Source of the DNA: Armatimonadota bacterium
Lineage (GTDB): Bacteria; Armatimonadota; UBA5829; DTLH01
NCBI GenBank assembly: GCA_039679675.1
Contig: JBDKUN010000021.1
Span: 1 to 64,000, forward strand
Reading direction: 5' to 3'
DNA: 64,000 nt
The position numbers and the translations under genes were made by a program. Each line of letters begins with the position of its first letter. The stretch's first letter is position 1. The notes under the pieces are model-generated. The model saw nothing but the letters and a program-made list of their open reading frames with translations. It was not told where the DNA came from and made no database searches. Positions 1-9,056 of this stretch are shown one piece after another.

Positions 1-113
1 CGAAAATGGCAAAATCGAACACCGGCAATGGCTGCAGGACTTACAGATCATATATGGACAATGCGGGAACTGGTATCCTACAGGCCACCGCCAAGTTAGT
101 TAATGCCACTACC
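1..113 (+). mobile_element. Right end of IS1-family insertion sequence (transposase C-terminus 1..99, candidate right IR ending at 113)
   Basis: Frame 1 reads [32 protein letters not shown], a [13 protein letters not shown] tail typical of a group of IS1-family transposases. It is followed by ttaatgccactacc (reverse complement GGTAGTGGC..., an IS1-like GGTA terminus). Confidence 0.75.
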
Positions 114-167
114 TGCTTTCGTGATTATTAACCTTCCAGAACAATCACCTTTAGAGGACAAACGACT

Positions 168-1589
168 ATGGACAGCACGCAGATGATGCCTCCGTTCGAT
201 AACGAGCGGACACAGATCGGAAACTTTGGACAAAACAACGATCCGGGAAGGACTCAAGCGTTCGATCCGGCAAAGACACAGATGTCCGGCCCATTCGACC
301 CCGGCAGAACGCAAATGTCCGGGCCGTTCGATCCCGGCAGGACACAGATGGCAGGCCCGCCGGAGAAGGCGATCCGGCTGGAATGCACCGCCGGAAACCG
401 CTACGCACTCTCGACACGAAGCTCCAGGGAACATGTTCTGGTCAGCCTGTTCTCAAGCGGCATGATGGGCGGTGCGAGAATGCCGCTCAACCTCTGCCTC
501 ATCATCGACCGCAGCGGATCGATGGAGGGTGAGCCGCTCGAATACGTCAAGCGCGCATGCGGCTATGTAGTAGACCTGCTTGAACCGAACGATGTTCTCT
601 CCATAGTCGCATTCGAGGAACGGGTAGAGGTCGTTATGCCCGCAAGGCGTGTGGTCAACAAAGCACTCATAAAGGAGCATATCAACCGCCTCGAACCGGG
701 AAATACAACCAATATTTATGACGGAATCGCAGCCGGGGCAAGCCAGATCGCAAGCGTCTACTCCCAGAGCTATGTCAACCGCGCGCTCCTCTTCACCGAC
801 GGCGACCCGACGGCAGGAATTAAGGACTTCAGTTCGATAGTCGGGATGGTCGGCGAGCAAAAGAGCCGGGGAATCACCATAACGGCACTTGGGTTCGGAA
901 ACGAGTATAATGAGGAGCTTTTAGCCGGAATCGCCCGAAAGTCCGGCGGCAACTATTACTACATAACGCGGCCCGAGCTCATACCTGAGGTTTTCAGAAA
1001 AGAGCTTGAAACGCTGATGACGGTCGTCGCCCGCAATATAAGGCTCACGTTCAACCTGTCCAAATGGGTGCAGGTCCGGCAGATTTACGGACATTTACCG
1101 ACATTCGGCAACCGGACTGCCGAGACAACGCTTACGGACCTCGAACGGGGCAGCGCATCTAGCGCTATAGTTGAAATCGAGCTGGGCCCCAGACCGGCAG
1201 GAACCTACCGGATAGGCAAGGTTGAGGTCAACTACGACGACTCCTCCACCGGCAGAGCTGAGAGACTCGTAGATGATGTCGTGATGGAGTTTACGCCGGA
1301 CGAGAATCTGGTCGTGGCAAACGTCAACCCCAAAGTCCAGTGCGAGATAGAGGTCGCGCTCGCATCCAGACAGCTCGAACGGACGGTTATGGGGATGAGA
1401 ACGCAGCAGATTTCGCCCGCCGCTGCCATGCAGGAAATGGAAAAGACCCGCATGATGCTCGTCCAGCAGGGCAAAACCCTGCAGGCGCAGGAAATCGAGC
1501 AGGCTATGGACAGCATAAAGAAAGGCGCGGGAGTCGAAAAGACACTCGTCGGCACGATCTATAACCTCGACAGAGGGGGGAGCAAGTGA
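168..1589 (+). CDS. VWA-domain protein (YfbK-like) with N-terminal Thr-repeat tail
   Basis: MIDAS motif DRSGSM, LFTDG, ALGFG; N-terminal FDPGRTQMSGP repeats; RBS gagga. Confidence 0.9.
   Translation: MDSTQMMPPFDNERTQIGNFGQNNDPGRTQAFDPAKTQMSGPFDPGRTQMSGPFDPGRTQMAGPPEKAIRLECTAGNRYALSTRSSREHVLVSLFSSGMMGGARMPLNLCLIIDRSGSMEGEPLEYVKRACGYVVDLLEPNDVLSIVAFEERVEVVMPARRVVNKALIKEHINRLEPGNTTNIYDGIAAGASQIASVYSQSYVNRALLFTDGDPTAGIKDFSSIVGMVGEQKSRGITITALGFGNEYNEELLAGIARKSGGNYYYITRPELIPEVFRKELETLMTVVARNIRLTFNLSKWVQVRQIYGHLPTFGNRTAETTLTDLERGSASSAIVEIELGPRPAGTYRIGKVEVNYDDSSTGRAERLVDDVVMEFTPDENLVVANVNPKVQCEIEVALASRQLERTVMGMRTQQISPAAAMQEMEKTRMMLVQQGKTLQAQEIEQAMDSIKKGAGVEKTLVGTIYNLDRGGSK
261..359 (+). repeat. 3 x 33-bp coding tandem repeat (FDPxxTQMxGP)
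   Basis: Units at 261, 294 and 327 differ mostly at synonymous positions. Confidence 0.9.
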
Positions 1590-2650
1590 TGGAAAACGGG
1601 ATGGAAAAGACTCAACTCGTAAACGGCAACGCGACACAGATGATCCCGACGCAGGGTGCTGAAGCCACCCGGATGGGAATGAGCATCACCTGCCCGGTCT
1701 GCCATTCGACTACCCCCGAGGGAGAGAAATACTGCTCCGACTGCGGGTTTCTGCTCTCTTCTCAGCCGGTAGAGACTGCCGATATACCCGAACCGCCCGC
1801 GATTCCCAAGCTCGTTGACCCAGCGAGCGGACGCGAATCTCTCCTGAACCCCGGAGAAAACACCGTTGGCAGGGAAAATGCCGACGTGCTCGTCTCCCAC
1901 CCCACCGCATCACGCAGGCATGCAAAACTCACGGTTTCGGATGGTAAATATATATTGGAAGACCTCGGAAGCACGAACGGGACTTATGCAGGCAACAAAA
2001 AAGTTGAGCCTGGGCAGCCGGTCGAGATAAAACCGGGGGATGAGATAAGGTTCGGCTCTGCTGTTATGAGGCTTGAAGAGCCTGCTTCGAAAGCCGTAAT
2101 TGCCTCAGGGGAGGCTGTGCGCGAGGTCGAAGAAGCCGAGGAGCGCGAAGAGCTTGCCGAAGAATCGGTCAAAGTCGAACAGGCAGCCGAAGAACCCGCT
2201 CCGCCGTTCGTCGAAGAGGAAAACGAAGAACATGAGGAGTCTCATGAGGCTGTCGAGGCAGAAATAAAGGTAGAGCCGGGTGTGGAGTCCGGGTTCGAAG
2301 CCACTCCTGAGCAGGCACTCGAAGAGCCTGTACAGCCTGTGGAGATCCATGAAGAGCTGCCGGCAATCGCGAGACTCGTTCCGAAAGCCGGAGGTGATGA
2401 AATCCCTGTAAAACAAGGTGAAAACACCGTCGGCAGGAGACCGGCAAACGATATAGTGATCGCTGACCCGTACGTATCGGGAAGCCATGCTGTAATCAGC
2501 GCATCGGACGGCAGCTTCACTGTTACGGACACCGGCAGCACTAATGGGACAAGCGTTAACGGAGAAAAATTGTCGCCAAACGAGCCTCATGCGCTCACAG
2601 ACGGCGACGATGTAACGTTCGGACAGGACTCGTTCAGGTTCACTGTATGA
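1586..2650 (+). CDS. Zinc-ribbon plus double FHA domain protein with acidic linker
   Basis: CPVC..CSDCG; two FHA signatures (VGR..SRRHA..GSTNGT and VGR..SGSHA..GSTNGT); overlaps upstream stop. Confidence 0.92.
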   Translation: MMENGMEKTQLVNGNATQMIPTQGAEATRMGMSITCPVCHSTTPEGEKYCSDCGFLLSSQPVETADIPEPPAIPKLVDPASGRESLLNPGENTVGRENADVLVSHPTASRRHAKLTVSDGKYILEDLGSTNGTYAGNKKVEPGQPVEIKPGDEIRFGSAVMRLEEPASKAVIASGEAVREVEEAEEREELAEESVKVEQAAEEPAPPFVEEENEEHEESHEAVEAEIKVEPGVESGFEATPEQALEEPVQPVEIHEELPAIARLVPKAGGDEIPVKQGENTVGRRPANDIVIADPYVSGSHAVISASDGSFTVTDTGSTNGTSVNGEKLSPNEPHALTDGDDVTFGQDSFRFTV

Positions 2651-3342
2651 AATGTCCTAAATGCGGCGAGGAGAATGATTCCGGCGCTGAAAAATGCAAG
2701 CAATGCGGGTGGTCGTTGAAATCGCGGCTCGTCGTAGATGAACAGATCTGCGCGACTCATCCCTGGCGGATGGCAGTAAGCACGTGCCGCGCCTGCGGTC
2801 TGGAGCTTTGCGAAGAGTGCGAAGTCTTCATCGGAAATGTTTCGTATTGCAGAGAATGCGCCGAACGGCCTGGAGAAGAAGAACTCCTTCGGGATGTGCC
2901 CGTGGTCGACCCGGCTCAGGCAGAGCCTGCCGGGTTCTGGCTCAGAAGCCTTGCAGGAGCTGTAGATTTGATAATCCTCGGCTGCTCATTTTCGGTACTT
3001 TGGACGGCGTTCTGGCTGCTGTTTGCTGACCCTGCCGTCCCATTGCGCCTGGGAGACCATCCGTGGGCCCATGTATTGTTCTGGGTGATTGTGGCCGTAA
3101 CAATACCTGTCTACTACATTTACAGTATCGCAACAAACTCACAGACACCGGGAATGTCGGCTTTCGATATTGCTGTAGTACGCAGCCGCGGAGAGGCTGC
3201 TGATTATCGCACGGCGGTCCTCCGGTATATGGCGGTATTTCCGGCTATGGTATCGGTATTTGGCATATTCTGGTGCATCTGGGACAAAAAAGGCCGGATG
3301 CTCCACGACAGGCTGACCAAAACGAGTGTAGTAAGGATGTAA
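2647..3342 (+). CDS. RDD-family membrane protein with N-terminal zinc ribbon and B-box-like Cys/His region
   Basis: CPKCG..CKQCG, CATHP..CRACG..CEEC..CREC; AGFWLRSLAGAVD, QTPG, LHDRL. Confidence 0.85.
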   Translation: MKCPKCGEENDSGAEKCKQCGWSLKSRLVVDEQICATHPWRMAVSTCRACGLELCEECEVFIGNVSYCRECAERPGEEELLRDVPVVDPAQAEPAGFWLRSLAGAVDLIILGCSFSVLWTAFWLLFADPAVPLRLGDHPWAHVLFWVIVAVTIPVYYIYSIATNSQTPGMSAFDIAVVRSRGEAADYRTAVLRYMAVFPAMVSVFGIFWCIWDKKGRMLHDRLTKTSVVRM

Positions 3343-3346
3343 TGAG

Positions 3347-4297
3347 ATGGATCAAGAAAACGTAATCCCCGTAGAGGATGATATCGAGGTAACTGCGGAA
3401 CTCAACACCGGTGAGCTTGAAGCTGAGTGGGAAAAGCTCGCTGAACGCGCAAAACACATTCATCCGGTCATCAAGATGGGTGCGCGCACAGACCTCGGCC
3501 GGGTCAGGGAGAACAACGAAGACAAATTCGACTTCTTCGAGCCCGAAGATGCCGGTCTGCTTGCCCAAAAAGGGGCTTACTACGCAGTTGCCGACGGTAT
3601 GGGGGGACATGCAGCAGGTCAGATAGCGAGTGAGATGGCGCAGAAGACCGTCATTAAGTCTTATTACGCCGATCCATCTCCCGACGTCCGCGGAAGCCTG
3701 ATACGCGCCGTGTTCGAAGCAAATAGCCTTATATACGACGCTGCACAAATGATCGTTGAGCGATCAGGCATGGGGACGACCCTCTCCGCAGTCGTAATCC
3801 GGGGTGACACGGCCTATTTCGCCCAGGTCGGCGACAGTAGAGGCTATTTGATACGTAATGGCTCCATCAGGCAGGTGACTGAAGACCATTCCTGGGTCGC
3901 AGAGCAGGTCAGGCGAGGCGCTATGTCCGAAGAAGAAGCCAAGTATTCGCCGTTCAGGAACGTCATCACCCGATCGCTTGGGAATATGCCGACCGTAGAT
4001 GCCGATATTTATGCCGAAGACCTGCAGCAGGGGGACATGATCGTCCTCTGCTCGGACGGGCTATCTGGAAACCTGTCGGCTGAGGATATAATGAACACGG
4101 TATCGGGCAAAAGTCCGTCACAGGCAGCCGTCGACCTGGTCGATACCGCCAATGAAAGAGGCGGCTCGGACAATATAACCAACGTAGTCCTTGCAGTCAG
4201 GGATATAGTATATGAAGAAGGTCAGACCCCTCCTGAAAATGAACAAAACGATCAGGAAACACCGCGAAAGCGAGGGTTCCTCGGGATATTTAGATAG
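3347..4297 (+). CDS. PP2C-family (Stp1-like) Ser/Thr phosphatase
   Basis: RENNED, VADGMGGH, VGDSR, LCSDGL, GGSDNIT motifs. Confidence 0.95.
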   Translation: MDQENVIPVEDDIEVTAELNTGELEAEWEKLAERAKHIHPVIKMGARTDLGRVRENNEDKFDFFEPEDAGLLAQKGAYYAVADGMGGHAAGQIASEMAQKTVIKSYYADPSPDVRGSLIRAVFEANSLIYDAAQMIVERSGMGTTLSAVVIRGDTAYFAQVGDSRGYLIRNGSIRQVTEDHSWVAEQVRRGAMSEEEAKYSPFRNVITRSLGNMPTVDADIYAEDLQQGDMIVLCSDGLSGNLSAEDIMNTVSGKSPSQAAVDLVDTANERGGSDNITNVVLAVRDIVYEEGQTPPENEQNDQETPRKRGFLGIFR

Positions 4298-4393
4298 GCC
4301 TGAGTTATGCACAATTGGGGAGATGGTGGAAAGCTGTAAGGCAGGTTTCGGGACAGGGGTGTCCCGAAACAACGAATAATTCGATAGACTGGC

Positions 4394-4444
4394 TTCCTAT
4401 GCTTCGGGACGAACTGCGGTCCCGAAGCATGAGTCTTCACCAAT
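4394..4444. repeat. Palindromic repeat module B, copy 1
   Basis: ttcctatgcttcggg..cccgaagca.gagtct.cac.aat; related copies at 17244 and 17470. Confidence 0.8.
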
Positions 4445-4471
4445 CCTTCCCTAGATCCTGAATCCTAACCT

Positions 4472-6151
4472 ATGTCATCGACCAACACGCTTGGAAAATA
4501 TGAAATATTAAGGGAGATTGCCCGGAGCAACGACATCGTCTACGAGGCGGTGGACCCGACACTGGGGCGGCACGTTGCGCTGAAGGAACTGTACCTGCCC
4601 GGCAACCTCACAGGAGCGCAGAAACGCGAGCGGATAGAACGGTTTCTGCGCGAAGGCAAGGCTGCGGCTCGTCTGGAGCATCCGAACATCGTTACGGTCT
4701 ACGATGTCGGGCAGGAAGGCGACCGGTTTTACATCGCAATGGAACTCCTGGGGGGACAGACCCTTAGAGAAGTGCTCCAGATGCGTGGCGCGCTTCCTGT
4801 CAAAGAAGCTGTCGACATTGCGCTTCAGCTCTGCAACGCGCTTGGCTGGGCACACCAGAACAATGTAGTCCACCGGGATGTCAAGCCGGAAAATGTCCAG
4901 ATACTCCCCGGTGGACACGTCAAGCTGACAGACTTCGGGATTGCAAGGATCATGTCTGAGCCGTCCATTACAGTCGACGGACAGGTCTTCGGCACACCAA
5001 GCTATATGTCGCCGGAACAGGTGGCCGGAAAGCAGATAGACGGCAGGTCCGATATTTTCGCGCTCGGCGTAGTGCTCTACGAGATGCTCGCCGGACAAAA
5101 ACCGTTTTCCGGGGATACGGTCGTTACCATCACTTACAATATTATGAACTCGGAACCGGCAGCCCCACCCGGCCTGCCTCCTTATCTGGTAGGCATCGTG
5201 CGGAAAGCGATGGCCAAGGACCCGAACATGCGGTTCCAGACGATAGAGGAGATGGCAGAGGAGCTGAAAAACGAACCTCCGAACGGCGGTGTCCCTTACG
5301 CAGACCCGTTCGGTCCCTCTGTCCCACATAATACGGTCCCGACGTACGGCGGACAGATGCCGGGGGGCTACAATGCGCCGCCGGCAACTTATTCGCCTCC
5401 GCCCTATGCACCCGGTCCGCAGCCAGCGCCCGACCCGTTCGCGCATGTGCCTCCGATACAAGCTGCGCCGCTCCCGATGCCTATACCCAGAAGGCCGCTG
5501 CTCTCCGCTGAGACCCGCACGTTTCTCGGCGCACTGACGCTTACTATCGGTATAGTCGGGATGCTGCTTTTCGCAGTCTGGGCAGTGATAGAAGCCTATA
5601 ACTCATACGACACGCGTACTACGACCAACATCGTGACTAAGTACATCAACCAGGGCGACCAACTGCTGAAGGACGGTAAAGCCGATGCAGCAATGACCCA
5701 GTATGCAAACGCCCGAAGAGTCGCAGGCTCCACCAAAGCCGGAGAAAAGGCGCGGAGAAAGCTCGCCGAAGTCTATGTCAGACTCGCGGGTGATGCGCTC
5801 AAAACCGGAGCATACACGGTGGTCAAGGATAATGCGGCACTGGCGGTAGATGCGGACACGACCTACTCCGGCGGACATTATTACCTGGGGATAGCCTACC
5901 ATTACGCCCGGAATGAAGCTTATGCCTCCGAACTCAGGAAAGCTATCGACACCGGCGGCAACGATGATTTTGCTCAAGCTGCCAGGAAGCTTCTCTGCGG
6001 TTATTACATAGATCAGGGTGATGCTCTTCGAAATGTAGGGAACGATGCAGGCGCTAAGGAATGGTATCAAAAGATACTCGACGACCCGCTGCTCTATGAC
6101 CCTGAACTCCAGCAAGAGGCACAGGACCGGTTGTCGTCGCTGAACCAATGA
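4472..6151 (+). CDS. Hanks-type Ser/Thr protein kinase with Pro-rich linker, one TM helix and C-terminal TPR-like region
   Basis: VALK, HRDVKPEN, DFG, GTPSYMSPEQ, SDIFALG; hydrophobic helix FLGALTLTIGIVGMLLFAVWAV. Confidence 0.95.
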   Translation: MSSTNTLGKYEILREIARSNDIVYEAVDPTLGRHVALKELYLPGNLTGAQKRERIERFLREGKAAARLEHPNIVTVYDVGQEGDRFYIAMELLGGQTLREVLQMRGALPVKEAVDIALQLCNALGWAHQNNVVHRDVKPENVQILPGGHVKLTDFGIARIMSEPSITVDGQVFGTPSYMSPEQVAGKQIDGRSDIFALGVVLYEMLAGQKPFSGDTVVTITYNIMNSEPAAPPGLPPYLVGIVRKAMAKDPNMRFQTIEEMAEELKNEPPNGGVPYADPFGPSVPHNTVPTYGGQMPGGYNAPPATYSPPPYAPGPQPAPDPFAHVPPIQAAPLPMPIPRRPLLSAETRTFLGALTLTIGIVGMLLFAVWAVIEAYNSYDTRTTTNIVTKYINQGDQLLKDGKADAAMTQYANARRVAGSTKAGEKARRKLAEVYVRLAGDALKTGAYTVVKDNAALAVDADTTYSGGHYYLGIAYHYARNEAYASELRKAIDTGGNDDFAQAARKLLCGYYIDQGDALRNVGNDAGAKEWYQKILDDPLLYDPELQQEAQDRLSSLNQ

Positions 6152-6257
6152 GCTGGCTGATTGCTATCAGGTTTCGACACAAAGCGGTGCCGGGTAAGCA
6201 AAGTTTAAAATGCGGGTCCGGGCGCATATACCCCGGCAGGGGAGAACAACTGTGGAA

Positions 6258-6650
6258 ATGCAAGGTGAAAACAAAACAAACGGGCAGCTTGTCAGACTGA
6301 GCCAGGTCGATTACGAGACCGAACCTGGGCAGCCCGACCTGCTGGGTTGGGACGTAGCCGATTCGGACAGCAACCTGATCGGAAAACTTGACGATATGCT
6401 GGTCGATGTAGACACTGGGGAGATACTATTCGGTTCAGTGTGTTATAACGACAAGTGCATAGCAGTGCCGCTTGAGCTGATGTTTATGGACGAAGCAAAT
6501 AAGCAGCTTGTCCTGCCTGTCAGCATGGATGAACTGGCGGACGCGCCGGAGTTTACGGAAGAAACGGAAGACATGCAGCAGCATGTGAGTTTCTGGACGC
6601 AGCTGGTCTCAGACTGGGAGGAAGAGCCCGTCGAAGACGAGGAATCCTGA
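6258..6650 (+). CDS. PRC-barrel domain protein
   Basis: PDLLGWDV.DSD...IGKLDDMLVD pattern; start GTG 6252 or ATG 6258 after ggag. Confidence 0.8.
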   Translation: MQGENKTNGQLVRLSQVDYETEPGQPDLLGWDVADSDSNLIGKLDDMLVDVDTGEILFGSVCYNDKCIAVPLELMFMDEANKQLVLPVSMDELADAPEFTEETEDMQQHVSFWTQLVSDWEEEPVEDEES

Positions 6651-6679
6651 ACCCCGGACGGACTGTTCGGTTAATAAAT

Positions 6680-8944
6680 TCATCTATGGGCGAATGGGAC
6701 CATCAGATCGAATTGCCCTTCCACTTTTACAGGCGAACCGGCTTCCGGCAGCCACAGGTGGATAGCCTCCGGCGTTTCCAGATGGTAATGGACGCCGTCC
6801 GGTTCAGCCTGCCAGCTTATTTTGATGACTCCATTTCTGCCGGGCATCGGAACACAGCCTTCGGCTTTTTCCAGATTACCGGGCGAGAGTGCCAACTGGT
6901 AATGATACTGCCCAAGGTCGAAGCGCGGAGTGATGCCGAGCAGGTGCTTTGAAAGCTGCCAGGTGGGGCAAGCCGACCACTGGTGGCAGCGGCTCCACCG
7001 GAGGTCGAAAACTTCCGGCCAGGTCGTGCTTCCAGCATCCAGCATCCAGCCCCAACACTTTCGATAAATCTCCAGCGCAAAGTCCGTCTCACCCCGTTCG
7101 ATCAAAACAGGCAGCGCAAAGTGAAAGAAGTAAGGGGTGATGATCTGTGTGTCTCTCACGCCGGGGCTGCTCAGGCGGGGAGCATCGGCTTTATTCGGAA
7201 AGCAGCCGAGAATGTGCTTTTTGATATATCCCAGGCACTCCTTCTCATCTTTCCCAGCGAAAAACCCGAGTCTCAGCCCCAACACCGCCCGATGGTAGCC
7301 TATTGCCTCCCAGTCCTCCTGACCGGCAAACCAGCGCGTTATGACGGCGCTCAATTTCCGGCCCAGTGAGCCGTAATACTGAGCACGGCCGTCAAAACCC
7401 AAAACTTCGCACCACTCCGCCATACTCCGAAGCGAAGCCAGGTAGTGCAGGTTGAGCGCGATGTCTGCCGGGCCGGGATTTCTTACGTATCCCCAGTCGA
7501 TGAACCCCCAGCCTACCTCGTCGCTTACGCCGTCATCCGGCATATACTTTTGGAACGCCTCGATGTTCCTTTCGGCGGCGGGAAAGAGATCGGCGAGTAT
7601 GGAACGGTCTCCGGTCAGTTTCCAGTAATGCACGCAGGCGCTGACCCACTGAGCTGCATACGAGGACACATATGCTCCTCCGCCCGGACACAGGCCGGAA
7701 ACAAGCCCGTCTTCCCGCGCGCACCGGGCAAACTGGGTCAAAGCACGCTTAAAAAGCCTGAGGTCTGAATATCCGGCTGCGGCGACATCCAAGCCGACGG
7801 AAACCACATCCCCGGCCCACTGCCCGCGCTCTCTGGCCGGGTTATCGACGGGGGAATCCTCGGCGCAGGCTCTCAAAGTATCGATTCCTACCATCCAAAT
7901 ACGGTCCAGCAGATGGTCGCTGCTTCTAAAAGCCCCTTCCGGCGCTCCGTAATAGCACCGCTCAAGGAACTCCTCTTTTATAAACGGGCATGACTGGGCA
8001 GGCTTGCAGCCGTGCGGATAGATAATATGCACTTCGACGTAACGGCCGCCCTTTGGAGTAAGCGGAAAGAACTCCTGCACCCCGCCGCGCGCGGTGTAAT
8101 GGTCAAAATTGCACGAATCTCCCGCAGAGAGTGTAATCCACGGCGAAACCCGGCCATGCACCAGGTATTCGCTCCAGGCGAACTCCACCTGCGTCCCGGC
8201 GGGCAAGTCCAGTATAAAACGCGGGCGGCACAGCATAATCCGGCCAAGATCGTATCTGCACCAGACTCCCTGTGACGTATGTTCGCCCGTCTCAAGATCG
8301 CGGAGGAAAAATCTGGCCGCAATGTTGTCCATCTCATAGCCGTAACCCTCAGCCAAAATACCCTCTGCGATATGTTCGGACATGCTGTGAACAGCCGGAA
8401 GGACTGCGGCGGTCTCAAGAGGTTCGATCCGTCCAAGATCGCGCTCGACAAACTCAGGGGAAGGCCACTTGGAATCGTCAAAATCAGGCGACTGCCAGTT
8501 TTCGGGAACCTCGCGTGTATCGCACCACTCGATCCATCCAAGCTGCGGGTTGATCCGCTTGACTTGCGGCTTGTAGCCGTCGAGAAGAGCGCATTTCCAT
8601 TCAACCTGGACTTCGCTCCCGCTTTGACGGATTTCGCAGTACAGGAACGGCGGCATATCCATTAACATACGGGTCACGACACCTTCGTGATGCACTTGAA
8701 ACGAGATTATGTGCCTGCCTGCTGAAAGCCTGTGCCTGGTGGATTGATACTGCGGATGATTTCCGGAAAATCTCGCTGGACCGTCGGTGATATACTCGCC
8801 GTCCAGCCAGCAGCCGTACCATGATGCGCCAAGTGTCCTCAGCTCGATCTCTGCGTCAGTGTTTAATTCGAACTGTCCACGGAAGGCAGCGTATGAGTCC
8901 GCCTCGCATGCTTTCGGACCGGCCGGCCACATAAACTTGTTCAT
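6680..8944 (-). CDS. GH78 alpha-L-rhamnosidase-like glycoside hydrolase
   Basis: DNPARERGQWAGD, FIDW, TTWPE, SRCHQWSACP motifs. Confidence 0.85.
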   Translation of the reverse strand: MNKFMWPAGPKACEADSYAAFRGQFELNTDAEIELRTLGASWYGCWLDGEYITDGPARFSGNHPQYQSTRHRLSAGRHIISFQVHHEGVVTRMLMDMPPFLYCEIRQSGSEVQVEWKCALLDGYKPQVKRINPQLGWIEWCDTREVPENWQSPDFDDSKWPSPEFVERDLGRIEPLETAAVLPAVHSMSEHIAEGILAEGYGYEMDNIAARFFLRDLETGEHTSQGVWCRYDLGRIMLCRPRFILDLPAGTQVEFAWSEYLVHGRVSPWITLSAGDSCNFDHYTARGGVQEFFPLTPKGGRYVEVHIIYPHGCKPAQSCPFIKEEFLERCYYGAPEGAFRSSDHLLDRIWMVGIDTLRACAEDSPVDNPARERGQWAGDVVSVGLDVAAAGYSDLRLFKRALTQFARCAREDGLVSGLCPGGGAYVSSYAAQWVSACVHYWKLTGDRSILADLFPAAERNIEAFQKYMPDDGVSDEVGWGFIDWGYVRNPGPADIALNLHYLASLRSMAEWCEVLGFDGRAQYYGSLGRKLSAVITRWFAGQEDWEAIGYHRAVLGLRLGFFAGKDEKECLGYIKKHILGCFPNKADAPRLSSPGVRDTQIITPYFFHFALPVLIERGETDFALEIYRKCWGWMLDAGSTTWPEVFDLRWSRCHQWSACPTWQLSKHLLGITPRFDLGQYHYQLALSPGNLEKAEGCVPMPGRNGVIKISWQAEPDGVHYHLETPEAIHLWLPEAGSPVKVEGQFDLMVPFAHR

Positions 8945-9056
8945 CGATTACCTCTGTCTGAAATCTCGCTACCCGCTATTTTAGCACATCAGTTATTTCG
9001 GTGGGAGCGTTTCCTCTACCATACCCTGCGTGTTATAATACGGCCTAAGGTGCTTT

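Noticed and set aside
4508..5461. Long antisense ORFs (e.g. 4508-5461, 32401-33192, 55960-56847, 57186-58115)
   Set aside because: They are shadows of well-supported genes on the other strand, with no recognisable motifs
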